DNA of 64,000 nucleotides from an uncultured virus (IMG/VR IMGVR_UViG_3300009159_008407) (lineage: Duplodnaviria > Heunggongvirae > Uroviricota > Caudoviricetes), in the IMG/VR virus record IMGVR_UViG_3300009159_008407. One strand, given 5' to 3'. A program made the translations under genes and the position numbers. The notes under the pieces are model-generated. The model was given only the letters and a program-made list of their open reading frames with translations. It had not been told where the DNA came from and searched no databases. Shown in pieces: positions 46,298 through 55,632 of the stretch (the first letter of the stretch is position 1; every line of letters begins with the position of its first letter).

Positions 46298-46891
46298 ATG
46301 ATAACATTTAGTCAATTTTATTTTAACGAGAGTTACGAACTTGCAGAACCAAACTTCAATACAATTGAAGAGTTTTTGCAATCGATTACCACCGACACTA
46401 GAACTGGTAAACCGATGACTTTAAAAGAATTCGCTGATAAAGTGTCTTATCTATCTTTATATACGATGAATAAACATGGAATAGGACCATCTGGTGAACA
46501 TCGTGATAAAAAATTATCAAAGCTACTACAAACATTAAGTTTGTTTTTCCATCAAAACATCATGTGGCCAGTAACACAACCGTTAAGAGCTAAAATGAAT
46601 GAGTTGCATGCGGAACCTGAGTTTAATAAAAAACGTCATTCATTAATGAGACAGAAAATGGAAGCAAGACGTAATGGTGATACATCATTGCTCGATCAAC
46701 TAGATCATGAACTATCTAGTTTAAGAAATCCTAATCGTGATCAAATTGACGATTTTAATGATCAGATTAATGCTGCTGGAGAAAAAGCTAAAAATACAGC
46801 TATAACATCAGAATATTTTACACCTCAAACTGAGGAAGCTGGACAAACATACCAGCATATTTACAACGATTTTGAAGATTTAAAAAACTAA
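46298..46891 (+). CDS. hypothetical, probable internal head protein
   Basis: MITFSQFYFNE N terminus; TAAATA upstream. Confidence 0.6.
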   Translation: MITFSQFYFNESYELAEPNFNTIEEFLQSITTDTRTGKPMTLKEFADKVSYLSLYTMNKHGIGPSGEHRDKKLSKLLQTLSLFFHQNIMWPVTQPLRAKMNELHAEPEFNKKRHSLMRQKMEARRNGDTSLLDQLDHELSSLRNPNRDQIDDFNDQINAAGEKAKNTAITSEYFTPQTEEAGQTYQHIYNDFEDLKN

Positions 46892-46929
46892 TAGTTGATC
46901 TGTAAAATAAAGACATTAAATTTAATAAC

Positions 46930-47025
46930 ACTCCAGTAGCTCAATTGGCAGAGCGGAAAGCTTATACCTTTCGTATGGCCCAGATTAGGCCGCGGTTGTC
47001 GGTTCGATCCCGGCCTGGAGTACCA
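46930..47025 (+). tRNA. tRNA-Ile(TAT) with long variable arm
   Basis: ACTCCAG/CTGGAGT acceptor, loop CTTATAC, GGCC-CAGATTA-GGCC variable arm, CCA. Confidence 0.88.
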
Positions 47026-47043
47026 TTTAGATTAAATAAAGGT

Positions 47044-47238
47044 ATGATTACCTTTGCTGAATACTTCAATATTACCGAAAAGAAGAGCGTTCACGATCCT
47101 GTTAGACCAGGTATACTAAAGAGACAGACAAAAGGTAAGATGACTTGTTCTAAAGCGAGAGCGTTAAAATCTAAACAGAAGAACAAAGGTAACAATACAG
47201 CTAAAGCTGCTCAGAGATACTTAAACTATCATTGTTAA
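47044..47238 (+). CDS. small basic probable internal head protein
   Basis: MITFAEYFNITE start; TAAATA upstream. Confidence 0.65.
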   Translation: MITFAEYFNITEKKSVHDPVRPGILKRQTKGKMTCSKARALKSKQKNKGNNTAKAAQRYLNYHC

Positions 47239-47644
47239 TGCAAAGTTTAAGTATCTCTTTTACTAAATTTTCTTCATAACCCCTTTCAAAACGGAAAACA
47301 TTTGTTGCTTCAGATGAAGCAACTTCCTGGAATAATAAATCTGTATCTGCATATTTTCCTGACCCAGGATGAACGCAATACACTATAATATCTGGTGTAA
47401 ATATTTTTCGTAATTCTTTTGTAGGACAAATAAAGTCACAAACAACAACTTTATCACCACAATTATCAGCTAAAAGCTTCATACAAAAAGCTTGACGGGT
47501 TCGACCGGTAATAGTAAAATCAGTGTTACGAGTTAATTCTCTAATGAAATCACCGTTAAAGTGAGAGAACTCAATATGCTCTCTCAAATATTTGGTAAAA
47601 AAACTTTTACCACTTCCACTACGACCACAAATTAAAATTTTCAA
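47201..47644 (-). CDS. adenylylsulfate-kinase-like P-loop kinase
   Basis: GRSGSGKS, NGD.IR, DF...GR.RQ, CDFICPT. Confidence 0.75.
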   Translation of the reverse strand: MKILICGRSGSGKSFFTKYLREHIEFSHFNGDFIRELTRNTDFTITGRTRQAFCMKLLADNCGDKVVVCDFICPTKELRKIFTPDIIVYCVHPGSGKYADTDLLFQEVASSEATNVFRFERGYEENLVKEILKLCINNDSLSISEQL

Positions 47645-47647
47645 AAC

Positions 47648-48088
47648 TCAATAGTCTACTTCGATATTGTTATCAAAAATATTTTTAGCGTCTACATCTA
47701 TTAGAGCATCTAATTCATCTCTAATAAAGTCTTTACCAATGAGTACAGGGTATTCATTACTAGCTCTATTACCAATAGAGAATTTTACATTATCAAATTC
47801 TCTATCTCCAATTTTTATATCAAACTCAACAACTGGTCTTTCTTCGAAGTTACCTGCACCGACGTTAATCTTAATATGATTTGCAATTGGTTTGGTGATG
47901 GTTCTACCATTAATTGTATTAAACGTAACTGTGTCATCTTTAACAGATACATTATCACCATGCAATACGTTAAAAGCACCGTTACCACTATCAACTTTAG
48001 CTTGTACTTCACCGATATCATTAATGTAAATGGTTTCAATTAAACCAATTACCGTTTTTTCGTTAAAATATTTTTTGAAATTAATCAT
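47648..48088 (-). CDS. retropepsin-like protease (RimK-associated type)
   Basis: AKVDSGN, EERPVV, R....YPVLIG. Confidence 0.8.
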   Translation of the reverse strand: MINFKKYFNEKTVIGLIETIYINDIGEVQAKVDSGNGAFNVLHGDNVSVKDDTVTFNTINGRTITKPIANHIKINVGAGNFEERPVVEFDIKIGDREFDNVKFSIGNRASNEYPVLIGKDFIRDELDALIDVDAKNIFDNNIEVDY

Positions 48089-48089
48089 A

Positions 48090-48428
48090 TTATTCGCAGC
48101 CGCATCCTTTATTTTGGTGTTCATAATCTAACCAATGATACACAGAAGAGATATAATCAGATGCTTTAGTAATTTTAGAAGCTACCCAACCTTCAAGCCC
48201 ATCTGTTTGGTCTACCATATCGTAAAGCTTTTGAGAATACTCTGCAAGCTTTTTAAGATCAGCTTTTGCCATATGAATCTCACTAGGATCACTTTCATCC
48301 ACGTTGTGACCTTCTGAATCACTAGCCATACCAGGCATATGGGTTTCTGGTGATAGATTAGATGCCCTTGTTATAAAAATAGCATTTTCATATAAAGCAG
48401 CAATAGAAATTTTATCCTTTTTATCCAT
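48090..48428 (-). CDS. hypothetical protein
   Basis: MAKADL..LEGWVASKITKASDYISSV motif; TAAATA upstream. Confidence 0.65.
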   Translation of the reverse strand: MDKKDKISIAALYENAIFITRASNLSPETHMPGMASDSEGHNVDESDPSEIHMAKADLKKLAEYSQKLYDMVDQTDGLEGWVASKITKASDYISSVYHWLDYEHQNKGCGCE

Positions 48429-48432
48429 ATAG

Positions 48433-49035
48433 TTATTTAATACGTTCTCTTATTGCATTATAAGTTTTATTTACTAAAATACTCGGTATCATACGAGACA
48501 TACCCTGCTTGAAAAGATCTATATCATTATCGAGAGCAGCTTTTCTGAGCTTTGAAGCACTCATACCTTCAACTCCCTCAGAATCTGGGTCTCTTTCACC
48601 TGCTGATTCAAACTTATAATCTTTAAATTGAAAAGGAATATTACCTTTTGAATCAGGTTTACCGTTATATTTAGCAACCAAACCTTCAAACTCTGGAATT
48701 CGATCACTACCAGCAATATGTACCACGTTCGTATACCCTTTATCTTGCAAATCTTTTAGCACAGAAATTAAATTAGCACCAGATTCCAAAATTTGAATAT
48801 TTGGTGGTGTCATATACTTTAGGATTTCTTCTTTCTCTTTAAAAGATAGTGGGTCCTTTTTGTTGTTTTGTGTATGTGACGGTACCAGAAATCCATCACC
48901 GTTAACACTCTTTGTTACATCAGCTAGTTTATTAATAAGCTTCTCGTGACCAACAGTAGGTGGGTTATAGCGACCATATGCTATAACAGCGGTTTTATCT
49001 GTTTGCTCTAAAAAGAATTGTTTAAATGTATTCAT
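48433..49035 (-). CDS. HIGH-superfamily (cytidylyltransferase-like) nucleotidyltransferase
   Basis: GRYNPPTVGH, DPL, GSDR, SAGERDPD, MSASKLR. Confidence 0.85.
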   Translation of the reverse strand: MNTFKQFFLEQTDKTAVIAYGRYNPPTVGHEKLINKLADVTKSVNGDGFLVPSHTQNNKKDPLSFKEKEEILKYMTPPNIQILESGANLISVLKDLQDKGYTNVVHIAGSDRIPEFEGLVAKYNGKPDSKGNIPFQFKDYKFESAGERDPDSEGVEGMSASKLRKAALDNDIDLFKQGMSRMIPSILVNKTYNAIRERIK

Positions 49036-50315
49036 TGTTGGGTTGGTGGTATAACCTGAGCTCCAGGTCTACCAGATTGGAAGTTAGCTGCTGAAAATTC
49101 TTTTCGATCTACAAATTTTGTAATATCTGGACCACCCTTTGTTCTGGAAACAGCAAATCCTTCTGGTTGTGTTGTTTTCCATGCATTAGGACCTGCATCT
49201 AAATATGTACCAAGTGATGAATTTTTAGTCATCTCATTAAAGATTTTAACAAGATTATTTTTAAGCATCGCGATTGTTTTAGTAACATCAAAAACCAACT
49301 TAATAGACTTGCGTAAACCTTTAAGTTCATTTGTTGTAGCCTGTAGTTGTGCTTGTTTTCTAGTTTTACCTGCTTCACTTTTCAATGCATTAATTTCTTT
49401 TTGATATCTACTAGCAATATAATTAACAAACTGCTGCGAAGAAATATTTGTATTATCTAAAAACTTACCTGTACGAATTTCAGAGTTAATGTATGCTTTT
49501 AATTCCATTGCATACTTTTGAATGCCTTGAAAATCAATCTGATTAAGAACTTTTTGAATTTGAGCTTTCTTATTATCAACATCTTTTAAAAGCATACCCA
49601 TGATCCGTTGATTTGGATTAGCTTGTTTGTCAATTAAAACATTGAATACAAATACACTATTCGAACGAGAAAATTCAGATGGTGAAGTGGTATATTTTTT
49701 AACCTTTAAAATACCACCAACAACTTCATATTCAATATGGATTGCAACACCAATCTTAGCGTTTTGAATATCTCTACCATACGGACTATCTGGAGAAACA
49801 GCATATTTGATAGTATTAGGCTTGAAAGCTATAAAATTATTGTAGTTAGTAACACCATCAATTGTATTTGGTTTTTCCATCTGCTTGATTTGATCATCAA
49901 ACATATAATCCATTTGATATATACCTTTAAGGTTGAGAGATGGTAAGTACTGTAAAGCTAGTTTAAGTTTTTCAGCTAAACCTGGACTTGAACTATGATT
50001 AACATCAATATCTTCAACTGTATAATTAATCTTTGGATTTTTTGCAAATGCAGATTTACTAGCAACGAAAAATTTACCTTTTGGATCTTTACCTGCTACA
50101 ATAGCTGGTGAACCATCGAACTTGGTACTTATTTTATAGTCTGTTTCACTAACAAAATATTCAATAGCTTTATCGATATATTCAAGAGCTTCCATAACAC
50201 CGTCTTCACCCTTATTGATAATGTTTTCTTCTAGGTGGTCGATATGTTTTACAGCGCCTTCGACCTCTTCGAAGAACTCTAACAATAAATTGTGATGTTG
50301 TTTAAATGTAATCAT
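49032..50315 (-). CDS. ATP-dependent ligase-like protein (DUF6267-like)
   Basis: HIDHLEE, KFDG (motif I-like), EGFAV, KFVDR.EFS. Confidence 0.7.
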   Translation of the reverse strand: MITFKQHHNLLLEFFEEVEGAVKHIDHLEENIINKGEDGVMEALEYIDKAIEYFVSETDYKISTKFDGSPAIVAGKDPKGKFFVASKSAFAKNPKINYTVEDIDVNHSSSPGLAEKLKLALQYLPSLNLKGIYQMDYMFDDQIKQMEKPNTIDGVTNYNNFIAFKPNTIKYAVSPDSPYGRDIQNAKIGVAIHIEYEVVGGILKVKKYTTSPSEFSRSNSVFVFNVLIDKQANPNQRIMGMLLKDVDNKKAQIQKVLNQIDFQGIQKYAMELKAYINSEIRTGKFLDNTNISSQQFVNYIASRYQKEINALKSEAGKTRKQAQLQATTNELKGLRKSIKLVFDVTKTIAMLKNNLVKIFNEMTKNSSLGTYLDAGPNAWKTTQPEGFAVSRTKGGPDITKFVDRKEFSAANFQSGRPGAQVIPPTQQ

Positions 50316-50317
50316 GA

Positions 50318-51361
50318 TTATATTTTTTTCGTAGCTGGTGATATTTTTGCAATTGGTGCAATCATAGATCGTAAGTCTTTTATACCATGATTACCACCAC
50401 GACTACCACTGTATCTTGCATACAATACTGGTTCATAATCACCACTAGGTAATTCATCAGGATATATATGGTGTTTAGACTGTATTTCGAATTCATTTTT
50501 ACCAATTTCCACTAACTTTAAATCACCTTGATATACAGCATTAACATTATTAATACCAAATGCTTCATTAGCATTTGTACCAAAAATAGCAAATTTTTTG
50601 AGATCAGGATTTTTTATTTTCATATATACTGAACTCTTAGGTGTCATACCATTTGGATATAGCTCTTTAAGCTTAGATACAAACTTTTTAACCTCATCAT
50701 CATTGCATATGTTTTCTCCAGATTGGCATGATGTACCACCGTACTGTTGATAATCTTTTGCAGACTTACCGTCTTTATGGGATATATATAACACAGGTTT
50801 ACCTTTATATGTTAGTGAAAAGTCACTCTTTGGTGTACCTGGTGTACTCGCAACACCATCTACTTTCTGTTTATATCCATTAATGTTGACTATTATATTA
50901 TCTTTATCGCTTCTAGCTATTAAACTATCAATTTGTTCGGCTAAACTAGCAATTACAGAATCTTCAGCTCTAGTACCAAATCCTTTACCTTTACCTATTA
51001 CTATTGGATATTCATTACCATTTTCATCTTTTACTATGTATGTTACTAATTGACTAGATGTACTCCCAGGTGTACCTGGTTTTTTAACATCCACTACCTG
51101 TAAGTTAGCTAATTTTAATATATCATATAACTTCTCGGTACTATATTCACCAACAACCGGTTGTAAACGAATATCCTTACCTGCTTTAACTGTAACAGTT
51201 TTATCTATAGCTGATATTTTAGCAGCTATTTGCGCTTTCGATGCAGGTGGTTTTAACTTAGAATTTATAATCGATTTATTATAAATTTCATCTAATCTTA
51301 CAATAGGTGTATGTTTACCATTGTACACCTGTTCGTAAAGTTTTGTTAAATTATATTCCAT
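50318..51361 (-). CDS. putative PD-(D/E)xK restriction-like nuclease
   Basis: E...GTPKSDF...YISHK...YQQYGG. Confidence 0.6.
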   Translation of the reverse strand: MEYNLTKLYEQVYNGKHTPIVRLDEIYNKSIINSKLKPPASKAQIAAKISAIDKTVTVKAGKDIRLQPVVGEYSTEKLYDILKLANLQVVDVKKPGTPGSTSSQLVTYIVKDENGNEYPIVIGKGKGFGTRAEDSVIASLAEQIDSLIARSDKDNIIVNINGYKQKVDGVASTPGTPKSDFSLTYKGKPVLYISHKDGKSAKDYQQYGGTSCQSGENICNDDEVKKFVSKLKELYPNGMTPKSSVYMKIKNPDLKKFAIFGTNANEAFGINNVNAVYQGDLKLVEIGKNEFEIQSKHHIYPDELPSGDYEPVLYARYSGSRGGNHGIKDLRSMIAPIAKISPATKKI

Positions 51362-51734
51362 ATTTATTATCAATTTCTGCTGTTTCGTAATCAGATTTAT
51401 TTGACACTAACGTAGTTTCAAACTTTTTAAGCATATCTCTTGCATTACCTTCATCAATGGAGTCAATATCAAAATTTACAATCATTGATCTTGTAGACTC
51501 ATCTGGTTCAGATGTTACAACAGTTTGTAATAATGTTATAAGTTTTTTAATCATATTCACTTCACCCTGAGAAGTAAGTTTTAAAACTTCTTGTTGTTCA
51601 GGAGCTTGTGGTTCCGTTGCCATTGTTGGATCAGCTTGTGTTAGATCTGTAGGAGCAGCTGCTTCAGCTTCTGGGAATGGTGCAGCTTCTAAAAGAGAAT
51701 ATGCTTGTTCAAAAATTTTAAGGGTCTTTTTCAT
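51351..51734 (-). CDS. hypothetical protein
   Basis: 127-aa acidic ORF. Confidence 0.6.
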   Translation of the reverse strand: MKKTLKIFEQAYSLLEAAPFPEAEAAAPTDLTQADPTMATEPQAPEQQEVLKLTSQGEVNMIKKLITLLQTVVTSEPDESTRSMIVNFDIDSIDEGNARDMLKKFETTLVSNKSDYETAEIDNKYGI

Positions 51735-51741
51735 AATATTT

Positions 51742-52110
51742 TTATCTTAAACTAGAGATCCATTTATCTGCCCATGTTGAAATACCATCAGCAATTTTCT
51801 GCTTTGCATCGTTTATTTTTTTAGCTGATTTATTCTGACCAAAAATTCCAGTTTTTTGATCTGGTATACTAAGAAGGGCTCCTAATGCACTAGTTGTTCT
51901 TGCTGCACCATCTGCAGTAAAATCTTCTGCTTCTTCTTCATTAGCTTTACGATCACGTTTATTTAAAATTAATAAACCATCTGCTGCAACCTCATATGGT
52001 ATTTTTAGTGCATCACATAATTTTTTAATAGAATTAACAACTGTATCGTTAGGATCTTTAAATCCATCAGTTGGGTTATTCATTTCTAGCAGCTTTAAAA
52101 ACTTCGACAT
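51742..52110 (-). CDS. hypothetical protein
   Basis: MSKFLKLLE start; TAAATA upstream. Confidence 0.6.
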   Translation of the reverse strand: MSKFLKLLEMNNPTDGFKDPNDTVVNSIKKLCDALKIPYEVAADGLLILNKRDRKANEEEAEDFTADGAARTTSALGALLSIPDQKTGIFGQNKSAKKINDAKQKIADGISTWADKWISSLR

Positions 52111-52121
52111 GAAATTATTTA

Positions 52122-52655
52122 TTATTTCAACCAGAATTTAACCTTCACATCCTCTTTATATATTTCTGAAAGCTTTTTTAATCCACACTTTTCTAAAAAT
52201 ATATATACTTTTTCTGATTTAATATTTTTACTCTTTATTGCACTATTAAGATTTTCAACAAGATATGCGTCAGTATCCAATATTTCATAATATGTTTTAA
52301 ATGAATGTATATCGCTAACAATATTAATATTGAGTTTATTTTTGATATCCTTTATAAACTTAATAAAAAACTTCAAAAATATTTTAACGTCATTATCACC
52401 GATAAGGCAGCAACTTGCAAGCTTAAGTTTATCCACGTAAAAAACTTTTGTATCTAATATTTTTATTTTTAGATAATAATCTATTACACTCTCTATTATT
52501 GAATGGTAGAAAAGCTTTTGCACATCTTTGTTAGTTATGTCATTTTGCAAATCATATATATTCAATGTATTAAGATATTTTTTACAGCAATGTTTATCGA
52601 TAAAAGATAAAAAATCGATAATATGTACACCACACCTATTATATACCTGAATCAT
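52122..52655 (-). CDS. hypothetical protein
   Basis: 177-aa ORF coupled to upstream gene. Confidence 0.6.
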   Translation of the reverse strand: MIQVYNRCGVHIIDFLSFIDKHCCKKYLNTLNIYDLQNDITNKDVQKLFYHSIIESVIDYYLKIKILDTKVFYVDKLKLASCCLIGDNDVKIFLKFFIKFIKDIKNKLNINIVSDIHSFKTYYEILDTDAYLVENLNSAIKSKNIKSEKVYIFLEKCGLKKLSEIYKEDVKVKFWLK

Positions 52656-53068
52656 TTATCTATTATATGACTCTTCGGCGCTTTTCCAATACGACAATTT
52701 ATAATTCCATTATAAAATTTTTCTGATACAAGAACATCAGCCTCAAACTGAGCTTTAGTTTCATAATATGATAACTCCCACTTGCTGGTACAAAAACGTA
52801 CTATTTGAAATTTAAAATTATCTTTACTATGTTTACTAATATCAGCATTTAAATCATTTGAAGAGCCTGTATATGCACGCCAATCTGTTTCTACCTCTTT
52901 ATGACGCTTATTTTTCTTACCTTTAAGAGGTGGCATCTTTTTTACAGATATCATTTGCTTTTTACCTATATAACATTTACCATCAACTAGATTCGTTATT
53001 TTATACACAAACCCATATGGAGTTTCAGGTATATGTATATCGCATGTCCAATGTCCTAAGTCTGTCAT
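52652..53068 (-). CDS. GIY-YIG (Seg-like) nuclease domain protein
   Basis: GFVYKITN...YIGKK, YTGSS, YYE, FYN. Confidence 0.8.
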   Translation of the reverse strand: MTDLGHWTCDIHIPETPYGFVYKITNLVDGKCYIGKKQMISVKKMPPLKGKKNKRHKEVETDWRAYTGSSNDLNADISKHSKDNFKFQIVRFCTSKWELSYYETKAQFEADVLVSEKFYNGIINCRIGKAPKSHIIDK

Positions 53069-53310
53069 TTAGTTTTACGCTTTTTGCGTCTCTTCTTACT
53101 TATACCACTTCTGCGTTGTACTCCACTCAAAGCTTTAGGCACTCTAGCATCACCTGGTGCATAGATAGAATCATTTGATGTATATCTACCTTCATTAGGA
53201 TTATAGATACCACCGTCTTTATCAACTGCACCACCGAAGACAGAGCTAGCTCCTCCAGCTACATTATCTTCTTCTATAAGGGATAAAAAAATATTTTTGA
53301 AAGTTGACAT
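53065..53310 (-). CDS. hypothetical protein, basic C terminus
   Basis: MSTFKNIFLSLIEE; YAPGDARVP; TATAAATA upstream. Confidence 0.6.
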   Translation of the reverse strand: MSTFKNIFLSLIEEDNVAGGASSVFGGAVDKDGGIYNPNEGRYTSNDSIYAPGDARVPKALSGVQRRSGISKKRRKKRKTK

Positions 53311-53336
53311 TTCGATATTAGTATTTATAATTAGAT

Positions 53337-53732
53337 ATGAGTCTATTAAGTAAATATATAAAAGAGGTTGAGCAAGACCTCGCGTTAAATGATTTTAATA
53401 TTAAAGAAACTCAACTAAGACTACCAGCTCGTAAACACTTTTGGGTAGCAAGACTTATTGAAGCAAAACGTGATCTCCAAAATCTAATTGAAAAGGAAAA
53501 AAAGTTAACTAAAAAACTTTCCGTTAAAGTAAAGGAGCAAGCACCAGTACATCTTACTGATAAAGCTGTTAATGCACTTATTGATGAGCAAGAAGAAATG
53601 GCATCAATTAAAGAACAAAAGCGTGATCTTTCCAACGTCATTGAATACCTCGAAAAGGTTGAAAAAATACTTGCAAGTATGCACTGGGAAGTAAAAAATA
53701 TTATTGACCTCAATAAACTCGAAACATTATGA
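53337..53732 (+). CDS. uvsY: recombination mediator UvsY-like
   Basis: helical 131-aa protein before uvsW; DL, P..KH.W, YLE, WEVKNII. Confidence 0.7.
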   Translation: MSLLSKYIKEVEQDLALNDFNIKETQLRLPARKHFWVARLIEAKRDLQNLIEKEKKLTKKLSVKVKEQAPVHLTDKAVNALIDEQEEMASIKEQKRDLSNVIEYLEKVEKILASMHWEVKNIIDLNKLETL

Positions 53733-55144
53733 AATTTGATATTAAAGGTCATAAGCTTATTTTTCAATGTGAAACTAGTTTATTCAATCAGGTAAGAGAA
53801 CATTTTAGTTGTCCGTATGAAGGTCATTCTTTTATGAAAAGAAAGAATAGATTCATGCCTAGTCGTAAGTATTATATTACACCCACCGGTCAATGTGAGA
53901 TGGGGTTATTTTGGGAGATAAACAAATATCTTCATGAGTGTAATATTATTGCACCTGAATCTTGCATCACGAAAGAATTATCAGATTATCTAGGTAAACA
54001 GTACGATTCAAAGTTCTATAACAATTTAAAAGCTGATGGTAACACCCTAAGAGAGTATCAGGAAGATGCAGTTAAACTAGCTTTAAAGTATGGTCGTGGT
54101 ATATGCTTAATGGGAACAGGTGCAGGTAAAACCATAACGACTGCAACTTTAGTAGAAAATTATTACTTAAATTCCCCTAATAAAAACACGTTTAAATGTC
54201 TTGTAGTTGTACCTGATCTTGGTTTAGTTACTCAAACATACAATGATTTCCTATCATATGGTATTTCTTTCAAAACAACTAAATGGACAGGAAAACATTT
54301 ACCTGATTTAACATCTAACGTGTTTGTAGTCAATCTTGGTATTTTACAAAGTAAATTTGAGGAAAACAAGTGGCTGGAACATGTAGATCTGTTGATCGTT
54401 GATGAGTGTCATAAAGGAAAGGCAGAAGTTACAGGAAAGATTATTTCCAAGATCAAAACACCACACAAGTATGGTTTTACAGGAACATTACCTGATAAGA
54501 GTGGAGATAGGTGGTCTGTACTTGGAAAACTTGGTCCAGTCATATTTGAAAAGAATTCTTATGATTTAAGACAGGAAAATTTCCTTACAAACGTGGATGT
54601 TAAGTGTGTAAACTTACATTACAAGCCTGTTCCTAAAATGAATTATCGTGCGGAACTAGATTTCCTTTACGAATCAGAATTTAGGAACAACACAATTAAG
54701 GAAATTGCAACCAAATTTCCTAAAAATATCCTCATTCTCATCAACCATATTCGGCATGGGGAAATTCTAATGGAAAAATTCCAAGGTATTTCCAAAAAGG
54801 TTTTCTTTATTCAAGGGAAAGTTGAGGTGGGGGAACGGGAAAGAATTAAGGAAATCATTGAAAAACATGATGATGTTGTGTGTATAGCCCTCAGTTCTAT
54901 CTTTTCAACAGGTGTAAATATCAAGAATTTACACATGATCATGTTTGCGGCCGGTGGTAAAGCCTTCATTCGTACAGTTCAGTCCATTGGTCGTGGCTTG
55001 CGACTACACCCTTCCAAGAATAAATTGTATATTTTTGATTTAATTGACAACCTTCGTTATGGTTCTGACCATGGAGATGCAAGAAAAGACATTTATCAAC
55101 GAGAAAAAATACAGTTTGTTGAAAAAAATATTAGAGAACCTTGA
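53729..55144 (+). CDS. uvsW: UvsW SF2 helicase
   Basis: LREYQ, TGAGKT, DECH, GFTGT, STGVNI, QSIGRGLR. Confidence 0.93.
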   Translation: MKFDIKGHKLIFQCETSLFNQVREHFSCPYEGHSFMKRKNRFMPSRKYYITPTGQCEMGLFWEINKYLHECNIIAPESCITKELSDYLGKQYDSKFYNNLKADGNTLREYQEDAVKLALKYGRGICLMGTGAGKTITTATLVENYYLNSPNKNTFKCLVVVPDLGLVTQTYNDFLSYGISFKTTKWTGKHLPDLTSNVFVVNLGILQSKFEENKWLEHVDLLIVDECHKGKAEVTGKIISKIKTPHKYGFTGTLPDKSGDRWSVLGKLGPVIFEKNSYDLRQENFLTNVDVKCVNLHYKPVPKMNYRAELDFLYESEFRNNTIKEIATKFPKNILILINHIRHGEILMEKFQGISKKVFFIQGKVEVGERERIKEIIEKHDDVVCIALSSIFSTGVNIKNLHMIMFAAGGKAFIRTVQSIGRGLRLHPSKNKLYIFDLIDNLRYGSDHGDARKDIYQREKIQFVEKNIREP

Positions 55145-55173
55145 TTTATTATAAACCTATCGTATATTAAGCT

Positions 55174-55632
55174 ATGAGTTCCAAAAAAGAAAAGAAAGAA
55201 CACTACGTAAACTCTGATGATTTCAAAAGAGAACTTCAAAAGTATTACGACTCTGATGTAATGACAGAGATATTAGGTGTGTATATCAAGAAAATTGCAA
55301 CAGGCCTTAGCTATTTACCCAATTTTATCAATTATACCTATAAGGATGACATGATAGGTGATGCTCTCATCAAGATGTACAGTGCTGTAAAGAATAAAAA
55401 GTATAATTTTGCGTCTGGTTCTAACCCTTTCTCGTATTTTACCACTATTGCATTTCATGCTTTCATTAATAGGATTAAGAAAGAGCAGAAACATCATCAA
55501 ACTATCACTAATTACAAGTCTCAAGTGTATGAATCTATGATGACTGATCCAGAAATGTCGAGTTACATATATGTAAAACCTGAAAATGATAACGACGATA
55601 TGGATTCTTATTATAACGAAAATGATCAATAA
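55174..55632 (+). CDS. gp55: late-transcription sigma factor
   Basis: HYVN, NFINYTYKDDMIGDA, NPFSYFT.IA..AF..RI.KE. Confidence 0.93.
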   Translation: MSSKKEKKEHYVNSDDFKRELQKYYDSDVMTEILGVYIKKIATGLSYLPNFINYTYKDDMIGDALIKMYSAVKNKKYNFASGSNPFSYFTTIAFHAFINRIKKEQKHHQTITNYKSQVYESMMTDPEMSSYIYVKPENDNDDMDSYYNENDQ

